DNA of 64,000 nt from a virus: the IMG/VR virus record IMGVR_UViG_3300035180_002599, positions 29,310 to 93,309 of that record; one strand, written 5' to 3'. Below the pieces are notes generated by a model, which did not search any database, was not told the origin of the DNA, and saw only the letters and a program-made list of their open reading frames with translations. Positions 48,352 through 57,904 of the stretch are shown here, one piece after another. The position numbers and the translations under genes are program-made. Numbering within the stretch: position 1 is the stretch's first letter; each line of letters opens with the position of its first letter.

Positions 48352-48753
48352 ATGTCTAAATATGTGGAAATTCCTCTAAAAGATGAGTGGTTTATACATA
48401 TAACCACTAAAGAAAATGCCGAATTGATATTAAAATCAAAGAAGCTATTCGCATCAAAATCAAAATTAGGAATCGGAGAAACATTTGCTTTAAGTACATC
48501 ATTTGGGATATGGTCAAACTCCTTGCCTTTGGATATTTTAAAAGCAACAGACAGCACTCATTCAGCTATAATGTTTCAAGTGACTACTAAACCAAACATT
48601 GCGGAAATTAATCAAATTGTTTGGAAAAAAGATATTTCTATAAAAAAAGCTAAAATGATAAAATTATCAAAAGCTAAAAATGAATTGTCATCTAAAAGGG
48701 TTAGGAAATATTCAATTCCTACATCGAATACACCCCCGATAAAATATATCTAA
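48352..48753 (+). CDS. Basic hypothetical protein, possible ART-like N-terminus
   Basis: FIHITTKENAELILKSKKL resembles the HxT...I...L strand-helix of ADP-ribosyltransferases. Confidence 0.45.
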   Translation: MSKYVEIPLKDEWFIHITTKENAELILKSKKLFASKSKLGIGETFALSTSFGIWSNSLPLDILKATDSTHSAIMFQVTTKPNIAEINQIVWKKDISIKKAKMIKLSKAKNELSSKRVRKYSIPTSNTPPIKYI

Positions 48754-48762
48754 AGGAAAGAG

Positions 48763-49176
48763 ATGATTTCTAAACAAGTCATTGTTGTTAGAAAAGATTT
48801 AAATATGCCCGAAGGAAAGTTAGCTGCTCAAGTTTCTCATGCTTCCATGGCCCCTCTCATTGAAAAATTGAGAGGATTCTCTCACGATTTAGTAACCCCC
48901 ACAGATACAGAACAAAGACTTTTTATAGATTTAATACCAGGAGATGCTTGGAAAGATTGGATTGATGGAAGATTTCGCAAAATTGTAGTTTATGTAAAAT
49001 CAGAACAAAAACTCTTAGATATTTTTAACAAAGCTAAAGAGGCTAAATTACCTTGCTCTTTAATTAAAGATGCAGGATTTACGGTTTTTAATGAACCTAC
49101 TTATACTTGTGTTGGTATAGGACCTTGCTGGGCTGAGGATGTTGATAAAATAACAGGAAAACTAAGATTACTTTAA
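48763..49176 (+). CDS. pth2: Peptidyl-tRNA hydrolase type 2
   Basis: KQVIVVRKDLNM..GK.AAQ..HA, KIVV, DAG.T, T.VGIGP, ITG.L.LL. Confidence 0.95.
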   Translation: MISKQVIVVRKDLNMPEGKLAAQVSHASMAPLIEKLRGFSHDLVTPTDTEQRLFIDLIPGDAWKDWIDGRFRKIVVYVKSEQKLLDIFNKAKEAKLPCSLIKDAGFTVFNEPTYTCVGIGPCWAEDVDKITGKLRLL

Positions 49177-49185
49177 AGGAAGAGA

Positions 49186-50178
49186 ATGATTGATGAAAAA
49201 ACATTAAAGATGAAAATTGATGATAGAGTTGCTCCTGAAAAAATGGTAGTTGGTATATCTGGAGAATTATGTTATGTTACTTATTACCAGATGAAGGGTA
49301 ATAAAAAAGTTCTAAATTCAGAAACTTCTTGGACTAATTGGTCTAAAAATGCAAGCGATCCATTGATTGTTGAAAATCAATTCTCATATGGATTTAAGTT
49401 AGCTGGTGTAAATGGGCGATGGTCTAGAAACGCAGCTAACGCAGACAACTTACTCATTGAGCATCCATTGATAGGTAAATCTTTTGAATTAAGCTTAAGT
49501 AGATTTTTAGAAATAGCTGGTGAAATTACCATTGAAAAAGGTGAGCTTCTAGAACAGTTCATAATGACCAATGATAGAAATATTGTAACTAGAGAAGAAT
49601 ACGATAACATTATTCTGGAATTAAATCAAAAAGAGTTAGAACTAAAGAAAACTCAGGAAAAGCTGAAATCTGTTAAAGTTTCTTCTAAAGATCAACTACC
49701 AGGTCATGTTTATGCTGAAAGCAAAACTGGAAAGAAACTTCTTTATATTGGAACCGTAAGTGTTGATGAGGGTGCAGACACTGTAATTAAATATTGTTAC
49801 ATATCTATGGAAGGTTCGCCTGTACAACGATTAACTGTAGCAGAATGTACTGAATGGACAGGTAGCGGAATTAAATTTATTGAATCCAAAACTTTTCCAG
49901 GATTAGTAAAAGCATATGGATCTATAGACAGATTCTCAAAAAAAATTTCATATTCAACTTATACACATTCTTGTTATGTGACAAAAAGTCCAAAGAGCTT
50001 AAGCTCTTTGGATATTTCAAACGAAGATTTGTTTAGTGAATACACAGATGATGATTGGAAAGTAATTGAAGAAACATATAATTTCAGAGCTAGCAAAAAT
50101 CTTTGGAATAGAAACTTTTTTAATACTTACGATTCCGTAACTTGTAATTTTAAAGCTGATTATTTAAACAAACATTAA
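49186..50178 (+). CDS. Hypothetical protein; paralog of 50197-51135
   Basis: Shared ELS..RF / NDR / KD..PG..Y...LYIG segments. Confidence 0.75.
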   Translation: MIDEKTLKMKIDDRVAPEKMVVGISGELCYVTYYQMKGNKKVLNSETSWTNWSKNASDPLIVENQFSYGFKLAGVNGRWSRNAANADNLLIEHPLIGKSFELSLSRFLEIAGEITIEKGELLEQFIMTNDRNIVTREEYDNIILELNQKELELKKTQEKLKSVKVSSKDQLPGHVYAESKTGKKLLYIGTVSVDEGADTVIKYCYISMEGSPVQRLTVAECTEWTGSGIKFIESKTFPGLVKAYGSIDRFSKKISYSTYTHSCYVTKSPKSLSSLDISNEDLFSEYTDDDWKVIEETYNFRASKNLWNRNFFNTYDSVTCNFKADYLNKH

Positions 50179-50196
50179 TATTAAAAAGGAAAGACT

Positions 50197-51135
50197 ATGA
50201 GTTATTGTGATTACAATCCTCGACTATTCAAAGAGTTCACTTCTATGAAAACCAAGATTAAACCTACATTTTCAGAAACTTGGTCTATAACTGCACAAAG
50301 TTATAATAAAAATGAAACATGTATTTTAAGCAATGAAGAAGGTGTAAGCATTGCTGATATTAGTATAAAGAGATTTTTTCAGTTTATGAAAGAACAAAAC
50401 CTAACTATGATTGGGAACAAACTAGTTGGTAAATTCATTATTGGAAATGATCGAAGCCTATATACTGAAGAAATGTTTAATATCTGGAAAGAGAAATTTG
50501 ATAAACGTGTAGAATCAGAGATTGATAAAAAAGACCTTAAAGAGGGGTATATCTATCAAACTGTTTGTGGGAGTCATTTGCTTTTCTTAGGAAAACGTTA
50601 TTATATGACCGGAACTATTAAAGGTGATATTGTAAAAATAAACAAACCAGGTTATGATTATTTTTGCATTTCTAACTATCAACAAGATGGTTTATTTAGA
50701 TCTAATTTATATACATCACGATTGAATCAGAGACTGGTAAAGGAGATTGGCCCCGGAACATTGAATATTGAAAATTGGGAAACCAAAGTATTGACTAAGT
50801 CTCAAATATGGGGTAGATATACGCCAAATTCTCCTGTTTATTTCCATCTAGGAACATCTCCTATTAAAGCTGATAATTATGTTATAGTTCCAGAAGCCAC
50901 CACAAGCGTAACCAATACTTGTATTGTAAACGAAACTCCCCGGCAGATAATGTGTATCGAAGATAGATATTCTAGAAATTCAAATCTAGGTTATGTATAT
51001 GGAGCAGAGCTTAAAGTAGAAGATAATATAATTACCAATTTCCCTAAAGGTCCTAGCGTTTTGAGCAAAGTAGGTACAAAAATTTTGTCAAGTGAAATTA
51101 AATATTGTGTATTAAAAGCTATTCCTAATATATAA
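50197..51135 (+). CDS. Hypothetical protein; paralog of 49186-50178
   Basis: Shared DIS..RF / NDR / KDLKEGYIY...LFLG segments. Confidence 0.75.
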   Translation: MSYCDYNPRLFKEFTSMKTKIKPTFSETWSITAQSYNKNETCILSNEEGVSIADISIKRFFQFMKEQNLTMIGNKLVGKFIIGNDRSLYTEEMFNIWKEKFDKRVESEIDKKDLKEGYIYQTVCGSHLLFLGKRYYMTGTIKGDIVKINKPGYDYFCISNYQQDGLFRSNLYTSRLNQRLVKEIGPGTLNIENWETKVLTKSQIWGRYTPNSPVYFHLGTSPIKADNYVIVPEATTSVTNTCIVNETPRQIMCIEDRYSRNSNLGYVYGAELKVEDNIITNFPKGPSVLSKVGTKILSSEIKYCVLKAIPNI

Positions 51136-51176
51136 TTAATATTTCTTTTGATATAATTATACATAAGGAGTTCATC

Positions 51177-51479
51177 ATGAAGTTATTTACATTACTATTG
51201 ATTGGAACAATTTCATTTGCTGATGGTTTTTATTATCACGGAGCTCAAAGTTACCGAGGAGCAATGAATCATCACACAGTTAACCATGGAACTTGGGTTG
51301 TTCCATTGGCTATAGGTGGAATTATCGGTTATGTAGTCGGACGGGAACAAGATGACATTTACAAACCTATTCCGGTTTATAATGTTTATTTAGATAAGAA
51401 CAGAAACACTTCATATGTAGAAGAAGTAGTTTACATAGAAAGCTGTGATTGTTATAAAAAAGTATTAATCAAAGAATAA
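51177..51479 (+). CDS. Exported or membrane protein with glycine-zipper segment
   Basis: Signal peptide; WVVPLAIGGIIGY. Confidence 0.7.
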   Translation: MKLFTLLLIGTISFADGFYYHGAQSYRGAMNHHTVNHGTWVVPLAIGGIIGYVVGREQDDIYKPIPVYNVYLDKNRNTSYVEEVVYIESCDCYKKVLIKE

Positions 51480-51487
51480 GGAAAGAT

Positions 51488-52453
51488 ATGCAAGTAAGTT
51501 ATATAATGAAGCCAAATGGCACAATAAGTCTAATGATTGATGGAAAAATGAAATCCGTGGAAAACACTCATGTGAATTATAAAGCCATTGTTGACAAATT
51601 GAATAAAGAAGATTATGAAAATTTGTTAGAGTTAGTAGATATGATTACAGCTGTAAAAGAAAAACTACAAGCTCAAAGCGAAGAGTTGTTTAAACTTGAT
51701 TCTAATGTAATCATTTACAAAGATTATACCTTGAATGACTTTATGAGCCAAAGAATCATATCTATGATGAATGAATCAATGAATCTAAAACCTTTGGCTA
51801 ATTTCATTGATAAGTTATTTGAAAACCCATCATATCGTGCAGTAAATTCGTTGTATGAATTCTTAGAGTTTGGCGGAATTCCATTATCACCAAACGGAAA
51901 CTTTTTAGTTTACAAAAAAGTAAGACAAGATTATAAAGATATCCATTCTGGAAAATTTGATAATTCTCCAGGAGCAGTTGTTAAAATGCCTAGATATGCT
52001 GTAGATGAAAATCCCGATAATACTTGTTCTCATGGACTACACGTTTGTAGTTTTGATTATTTAAAACATTTCGGAAGCGGTTCTTTTGATAGAATTGTAA
52101 TATGTGAAGTTAACCCAAAAGATGTAGTTGCAATCCCTAAAGATTATAATAACACTAAAATGCGAGTATGTGAATACAAAGTTGTAGGTGAATTGGAATC
52201 GGATATTGTTGACTCATTGCGAGATACTTATTGTGTTGATAGTTATTGTGATTATGAAGATGAGTTTGATGATGATTTTGATTTAGACAAAGATGATGAA
52301 ATTATAGATGAATTGAATGTGTCTAAAGAAGACATAAAAGAAGTTATAACTTCTGAAGTTACTAAACTAGGAGAAAATATTTCAAAATCATCGACAGTTG
52401 AATCAAAATCTAGTTATATGAACACATTCTTAGAACTATTTAAAAAAGATTAG
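51488..52453 (+). CDS. rIIB: RIIB protein
   Basis: NPS.RAV..LY.FL, G.FL.YK.V..DY.D.HS, MPR..VD.N...TCS.GLH, V.IP.DYN..KMR.C.Y. Confidence 0.93.
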   Translation: MQVSYIMKPNGTISLMIDGKMKSVENTHVNYKAIVDKLNKEDYENLLELVDMITAVKEKLQAQSEELFKLDSNVIIYKDYTLNDFMSQRIISMMNESMNLKPLANFIDKLFENPSYRAVNSLYEFLEFGGIPLSPNGNFLVYKKVRQDYKDIHSGKFDNSPGAVVKMPRYAVDENPDNTCSHGLHVCSFDYLKHFGSGSFDRIVICEVNPKDVVAIPKDYNNTKMRVCEYKVVGELESDIVDSLRDTYCVDSYCDYEDEFDDDFDLDKDDEIIDELNVSKEDIKEVITSEVTKLGENISKSSTVESKSSYMNTFLELFKKD

Positions 52454-52535
52454 TAGGCTCAATGAGCCTACGTTTGTTTCTTAATTTTATACTAAGAATA
52501 AAATGATATAATATTACAAAAAAGAAGGATAGCTT

Positions 52536-54515
52536 ATGATTATGCAAGAAAAAGAAAATGATGTTATTGTAAAAGGATTAGGTGAAACGTCCGAGTTTAC
52601 TATCAAAACATCAGCAAAAGCTTTTAAGATTTTGAGTCAAAATCTTTATTCAAATCCAGTTGGGGCGGTAATTAGAGAATTAAGTACTAATGCTTATGAT
52701 TCTCATGTGATGGCTGGTTGTCCTGAACGCCCTTTTAAAATAAAAATTCCATCTATTTTAGATCCAGAATTTAGCATTCGTGATTATGGAACCGGATTGG
52801 CTCACGATGATGTTATTGGATTATATAGCACATTTTTTGAAAGCACAAAAACTCAATCTAATGATATGGTCGGCTGTTTGGGTTTAGGTTCAAAATCTCC
52901 CTTCGCAATAACAGATAGTTTCTTCGTAATAAGTTACTTTAATGGAGTAAAATCAGTATATTCAGTTTTTACCGATAAAAATTTTATTCCAAGTATTTCA
53001 TTATTTGGATCCGAAGATACAGAAGAAGAAAATGGTTTGGAATTACAGATTGCAATAAAAAACAATCTTATCAGCTCATTTCCTTATGAACTAAAAAAAC
53101 AGCTTCATTTTTTCAAAACTAAACCTATTGTAGAAGGTTATAACAACTTTTCCTTTAACAATTTTGAAATAAAATTGTCCGGGGACGGTTGGTATTATAG
53201 CCCTGGATTCAATTCATCTTATGTTGTTCAAGGACAGATTGCATATCCTTTAGATTCCAATTTAGTACGTTCTATCAATATTTTGCCATCAAAATTCATC
53301 AACTGTAGCAAGTTAGCAAGTCGTGGGTATGCATTTGAAATGCCAATTGGTTCAGTTGACATTGCTCCTTCTAGAGAAGCGTTGAGTTATGATGAAAATA
53401 CAATTAACGCTATAGTTAAAAAAGCTCAAAGCGTTATCAATGATATTGAGACAAACATCATCAAAGACATCAACGAATCAGAAACTAGATGGGAAGCTAT
53501 TAATAAAAAGTATGATTTAGATGACGGCGGGTTTCTGAAATCTAATGCAGACTTTTCATCATGTAAATGGGATGTTAGTAATCAATATGTCAGAACTGAT
53601 ATAGAAATTAAGAAGTTCTGGAATAAAACTTCCGTAAGTGTAAAGAATATGGAAAGTAAAGATTATATCGGATATTATGTAAGAGTAAGAGAAAATGCTA
53701 GATTTATTCGAGTAAAATCAACAGAACACAAAGGACATGATTATAAAGTTAGACAATTTGTGTTAGATAAACATTGTTCAGCATATGTTTTATATACAGA
53801 TTTGAGCATCGAAGATATTCAGAAAAAATTAGATAATAAGAATCTGAAAGTAATTGAAATTAGTTCATTATCTTACAAACAAAATAAATCTACCACTTCT
53901 ATCAAAAAAGAAGTAAATGAATGTAAAGTGTTATCAACTTATACTTATAAGAAATCTGCTTGTTGGAATGATTCTCAAACAGATAGAGCTACAGAAGAAG
54001 ATTTTTATGTTCCTATTGTTAGATATGATGTTGTTTTTAATGAAAAACAAGTAGGTGTTGAATATTTAATTAAAGCTATGGAATATTTAAAAGACAAAAA
54101 TATTATTCCTAAAGGTTCTAAAATATACGGATTGAATAAAGCTCAGGAAAAAACAACAACTCTTAGAAATTTATTTGATTACATCTCAGAATATTTTAAA
54201 AATCAAAAACGTTATAAATTGCCAAATCATCCGGTAGCTGATTTGAGCCCCGAATATGTCGAAGGTCTCAGTATTTCTAAAAAATTGAAGCTAATTAAAG
54301 AAATGAGAGATAATAATCATAAATTCAATGATTATAGATTTTCTGAATATGTTTCCAAATTTTTGAAGAAAGAAATTGTTTTAGAAGACGTTTCAGAAGT
54401 AGATCCAGAGTTTGATAAGTATTTACTATTGACTAAAATTAATTCTAGTGTTATTCCAGAAGTTTTGAACATGATGAAATTTTGTGAAGAAAATGGATAT
54501 AATCCTAAAATCTAA
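52536..54515 (+). CDS. rIIA: RIIA protein (GHKL ATPase N-terminus)
   Basis: AFKILS..LYS....VIRELSTNA.DSH, IRDYGTG, GLGSKSPF, PSREALS. Confidence 0.95.
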   Translation: MIMQEKENDVIVKGLGETSEFTIKTSAKAFKILSQNLYSNPVGAVIRELSTNAYDSHVMAGCPERPFKIKIPSILDPEFSIRDYGTGLAHDDVIGLYSTFFESTKTQSNDMVGCLGLGSKSPFAITDSFFVISYFNGVKSVYSVFTDKNFIPSISLFGSEDTEEENGLELQIAIKNNLISSFPYELKKQLHFFKTKPIVEGYNNFSFNNFEIKLSGDGWYYSPGFNSSYVVQGQIAYPLDSNLVRSINILPSKFINCSKLASRGYAFEMPIGSVDIAPSREALSYDENTINAIVKKAQSVINDIETNIIKDINESETRWEAINKKYDLDDGGFLKSNADFSSCKWDVSNQYVRTDIEIKKFWNKTSVSVKNMESKDYIGYYVRVRENARFIRVKSTEHKGHDYKVRQFVLDKHCSAYVLYTDLSIEDIQKKLDNKNLKVIEISSLSYKQNKSTTSIKKEVNECKVLSTYTYKKSACWNDSQTDRATEEDFYVPIVRYDVVFNEKQVGVEYLIKAMEYLKDKNIIPKGSKIYGLNKAQEKTTTLRNLFDYISEYFKNQKRYKLPNHPVADLSPEYVEGLSISKKLKLIKEMRDNNHKFNDYRFSEYVSKFLKKEIVLEDVSEVDPEFDKYLLLTKINSSVIPEVLNMMKFCEENGYNPKI

Positions 54516-54562
54516 AAAATTTTAAGGTTATTCTGTATAAATTGTATAAAAAGGAAAGAAAA

Positions 54563-55765
54563 ATGTTACCAACGCTAGAACAATGTTTAACAATTTGTGA
54601 AAATAATATATCTTTTAAATTTAAAGTAGAAAATATTGAGGGCAAAAAAGTATATCAGTTCAATTATTTTTTAGCCAAACATAATGATTTTATTAATCCA
54701 TTGAATCAACCTGAAGATAACATAACAGTAACCGCCGAAGAGCTTCGTGGTTTAACTTTTGTGGAACAAGATGATGGTTCTTTTAAACGGTATCTAATGC
54801 TTCACAAATTCTTCAACTTAAATCAGGTTCCTGGCTATCAATATACAGATGTAAAAGATAAAAAAATATCTAGCGTTGCAGACAAACGTGATGGATCTAT
54901 GATAACATTCGTTAAAATTAATGGGAAAGTTTTCGCTAAAACAAAATTTTCATTTCAGTCTGAACAAGCATTGATAGCTCAAGAATTTTATGAAAAAGAT
55001 TCTGGTATAAAAGCATTAGTTGATGAGTTCTTAGCTTATGATGTTCAGCCATTTTTTGAACTTACTGGACCTATGAATCAAATAGTTTTGCGATATAGCA
55101 AAACAGAGCTAAAAATAATTCAAGTCAGAGATAATCGAGATGGTTCTTATATAACATTAAATGAACGTTACAGAGAGTATTTGTTTACTAAATTTAAAGT
55201 GTTGACTGCCGATAGTTATAATAACAATGATTACACATTTGAAAAAATGATAGAACTTCGTGAAACTATTAAAGGTATTGAAGGATGGGTCGTTACTACA
55301 GAATGTGGTATGATGATAAAAATCAAAACTGAAGAATATATGAAATTACATCATTTAATGACAGATGCAGTCACTAGAGAAGATGAAGTTATTCGTATGA
55401 CTTTAGATGAAGAAATTGATGATGTTTTAGCAGAAATTCCTATGGATGCACTTGAGTTGCGTTTCTTCGTTGAAACAATTTCAGACGGAATAGTTGACCA
55501 TGTTAACGAACTTTCTGAAAAAATCAAGGAAATGTATATTGATATGAAAACCTTATATCCTGAAAGAAAAGATTTTGCAATTGCATGTAAACCATCAGAA
55601 TATTTTGGTTTATTGATGAGAGCTTATCAAGATCCCTCAGATGAAGCAATTGAAAAAGAAGTAATCAATTATGTTAAATCAAAAACAAATAAATTAGGTA
55701 TTGCTAAAGAATACCTAAAATCATTGGGAATCAATGCACAATTTGAATCTAAGGATGAAGATTAA
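54563..55765 (+). CDS. rnlA: RNA ligase 1 (T4 RnlA-like)
   Basis: ELRGL, KFFNLN, KRDGS adenylation motif, FELTGPMNQIV, EGWVV, KIKT. Confidence 0.93.
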   Translation: MLPTLEQCLTICENNISFKFKVENIEGKKVYQFNYFLAKHNDFINPLNQPEDNITVTAEELRGLTFVEQDDGSFKRYLMLHKFFNLNQVPGYQYTDVKDKKISSVADKRDGSMITFVKINGKVFAKTKFSFQSEQALIAQEFYEKDSGIKALVDEFLAYDVQPFFELTGPMNQIVLRYSKTELKIIQVRDNRDGSYITLNERYREYLFTKFKVLTADSYNNNDYTFEKMIELRETIKGIEGWVVTTECGMMIKIKTEEYMKLHHLMTDAVTREDEVIRMTLDEEIDDVLAEIPMDALELRFFVETISDGIVDHVNELSEKIKEMYIDMKTLYPERKDFAIACKPSEYFGLLMRAYQDPSDEAIEKEVINYVKSKTNKLGIAKEYLKSLGINAQFESKDED

Positions 55766-55766
55766 A

Positions 55767-56000
55767 ATGATTTACCATATCATAAAAGAAGACGCAATAA
55801 ACAACACTCATGCTTCTATCATCTTGAATGAAATTCATGTTTTTGCTAATAAACATTCTCATTGTGTGTTTGAACCGGGAGAGATAACTAAGAAAGTGTT
55901 AGAAAACATAACTTCTTGTATTATGGATACTCATGAGCTTCCAGAAAATGTGACTTGTTTTGAAATCAAACAATTGGCTAAAAAATATTTAGAGGTATAA
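55767..56000 (+). CDS. Hypothetical protein
   Basis: ORF in operon. Confidence 0.6.
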   Translation: MIYHIIKEDAINNTHASIILNEIHVFANKHSHCVFEPGEITKKVLENITSCIMDTHELPENVTCFEIKQLAKKYLEV

Positions 56001-56002
56001 AA

Positions 56003-56206
56003 ATGTTAAAAAGAAAAATTGCAGATTATGTAAAAGCTAAAGCTGAATCTAAAGCTGAGGAAATAACTCAAAGCGTGACAAATGAAGTCAAATCTCAATA
56101 CAAATTCGTTTTGTTTATGGGAAAATTGTACTTATATTTAGGGGTTGCTTTTGCAGTTTCTTTAATTGCTTTGGTCGGTTTTGGAATTTATTCTTTAGTT
56201 TCTTAA
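56003..56206 (+). CDS. Small membrane protein
   Basis: C-terminal TM; GAGG RBS. Confidence 0.7.
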   Translation: MLKRKIADYVKAKAESKAEEITQSVTNEVKSQYKFVLFMGKLYLYLGVAFAVSLIALVGFGIYSLVS

Positions 56207-56259
56207 TCTTATATAAAGGTTTTTATGATATAATTATCATATAATAAGAAGGAAAATTT

Positions 56260-57345
56260 ATGAATCTAAAAGACTCAAATGAATTAATTACATGGTTTCA
56301 ATTAAACTATCCCCATCATGTAAAAGCTATGAAAGAGAGCAACCATCATTATAATGAAACTGAGCTTAATCCATTTCACGGAGAAGGGGATATCTGGACT
56401 CACACATGTATGGTATTAAATACTGCTAAGCTTATGAAATATTCTGATGTTATTCTTATGAGTGCATTACTTCATGATCTTGGAAAGCCTTACGTTTCAG
56501 AAATCAATGACGAAAAACAAAAAGTATATTTTAAAAACCATGAAGGTGTATCATTTTGGTACGCTATCGAAGTTGTTAAAAAATTGACTAAAGATCCTAA
56601 AAAAATTGAAACAGTTCTAAAATTAATATCATTACATTCTGTTATTTTTGATAATTACAAAGATGGTAAATTTTCTTCGGATTTTCAGAAAAAATTCAAG
56701 AAAGATCAACACTTTTTGGAGCTAATCAAACAACAAGTTATATCTGATTCTATGGGCCGATTTTGTTTAGATTTAGCAGATGTTCGCGATACCTTTGAAG
56801 AAATTTTTGATGAAAATTTCTATAACTCATTTAATGAGTTAGTTAACACGGATGTTGCCCCTAAGAAAACTAACAAAATTACGGTTTTAGTTGGATTGCC
56901 TCGATCTGGCAAGTCAACATGGATTGCCAAAAACAAAACTTCAGAGGTGTTAATTTGTCGAGATGATGAAGTTATGAAATTAGCTAAATCAAAATACGGG
57001 AAAGAAACATATTCAGAATGTTTTCGTGCATTAACGGATGAAGATCAAAAAGAAGTAGATAAAATTTTGGATACAAAATACTTGAATGCGATTAGAGAAA
57101 ATTCAGACATTATTGTAGATATGACTAATATGTCAAAAAAATCTAGAAAACGTTGGTTGTCTCCTTTTCAAGGACATAAAACTATTTTAGTATTTGCTAC
57201 GGAATATAATGAATGTTTAAGACGAAATTCAGTATGTAAAGAAACTGAAGGAAAATTTATTCCAGAATATGTGTTCTTTAATATGGCTAAAAGTTTCACT
57301 TATCCTCAATATGATGAAGCGGATGTAATTAAAATTGTATTATAA
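56260..57345 (+). CDS. HD phosphoesterase plus P-loop polynucleotide kinase fusion (RNA end healing)
   Basis: HGEGDIWTHT, LLHDLGKP, HE; GLPRSGKST, RD, DMTN. Confidence 0.88.
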   Translation: MNLKDSNELITWFQLNYPHHVKAMKESNHHYNETELNPFHGEGDIWTHTCMVLNTAKLMKYSDVILMSALLHDLGKPYVSEINDEKQKVYFKNHEGVSFWYAIEVVKKLTKDPKKIETVLKLISLHSVIFDNYKDGKFSSDFQKKFKKDQHFLELIKQQVISDSMGRFCLDLADVRDTFEEIFDENFYNSFNELVNTDVAPKKTNKITVLVGLPRSGKSTWIAKNKTSEVLICRDDEVMKLAKSKYGKETYSECFRALTDEDQKEVDKILDTKYLNAIRENSDIIVDMTNMSKKSRKRWLSPFQGHKTILVFATEYNECLRRNSVCKETEGKFIPEYVFFNMAKSFTYPQYDEADVIKIVL

Positions 57346-57479
57346 CCATAAACCATTAATATCTTCAGAGAGTATGGATAGATTATTCATGCTCCAAGGA
57401 CATAATTTATGAGGAACTCCTGATAAAGGATATATTGTTTTAGCTAATGAATTTTTAATAAAAGAATTCACATAGCGGA

Positions 57480-57671
57480 ATGATAGTGGACATATTAGGA
57501 AATTGTTACCACCCATCAAACTGGGGAATACCAAAATTTTTCAAAGAGTATTTTTCATGTGTTTCTTATGCAAGAACTCAAGAGAACAAATCTAAAGATA
57601 TTAAATTTAATGATATTCTTAAAAATCAATTACATTATAATTACAAAAAGGATCCAGAATGTCTTTTATAA
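57480..57671 (+). CDS. Hypothetical protein or 3' remnant of a decayed gene (C-terminal DPECLL)
   Basis: Short ORF; upstream 57346-57480 looks like broken coding sequence. Confidence 0.45.
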   Translation: MIVDILGNCYHPSNWGIPKFFKEYFSCVSYARTQENKSKDIKFNDILKNQLHYNYKKDPECLL

Positions 57672-57904
57672 CAGATAGATGCAGATCTATGGCTATGACA
57701 CATACTAAGAATATAACGGAAAGCTTAATAATTGCTAGATATATATACTTGGCTCTGAAATTAGCTGAGAAAGAAAAGAAAGATCAGGATTATGTTCATA
57801 TTCAAGAATCTATGAATATATTTACCACTAGAAATTCTTTTTATTTCATGGAAATGCCCCTTATAGATGAAGCATATAGACCTATTAATTTAAATTTATT
57901 CTAA
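57659..57904 (+). CDS. Hypothetical protein
   Basis: AAGGA RBS. Confidence 0.6.
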   Translation: MSFITDRCRSMAMTHTKNITESLIIARYIYLALKLAEKEKKDQDYVHIQESMNIFTTRNSFYFMEMPLIDEAYRPINLNLF

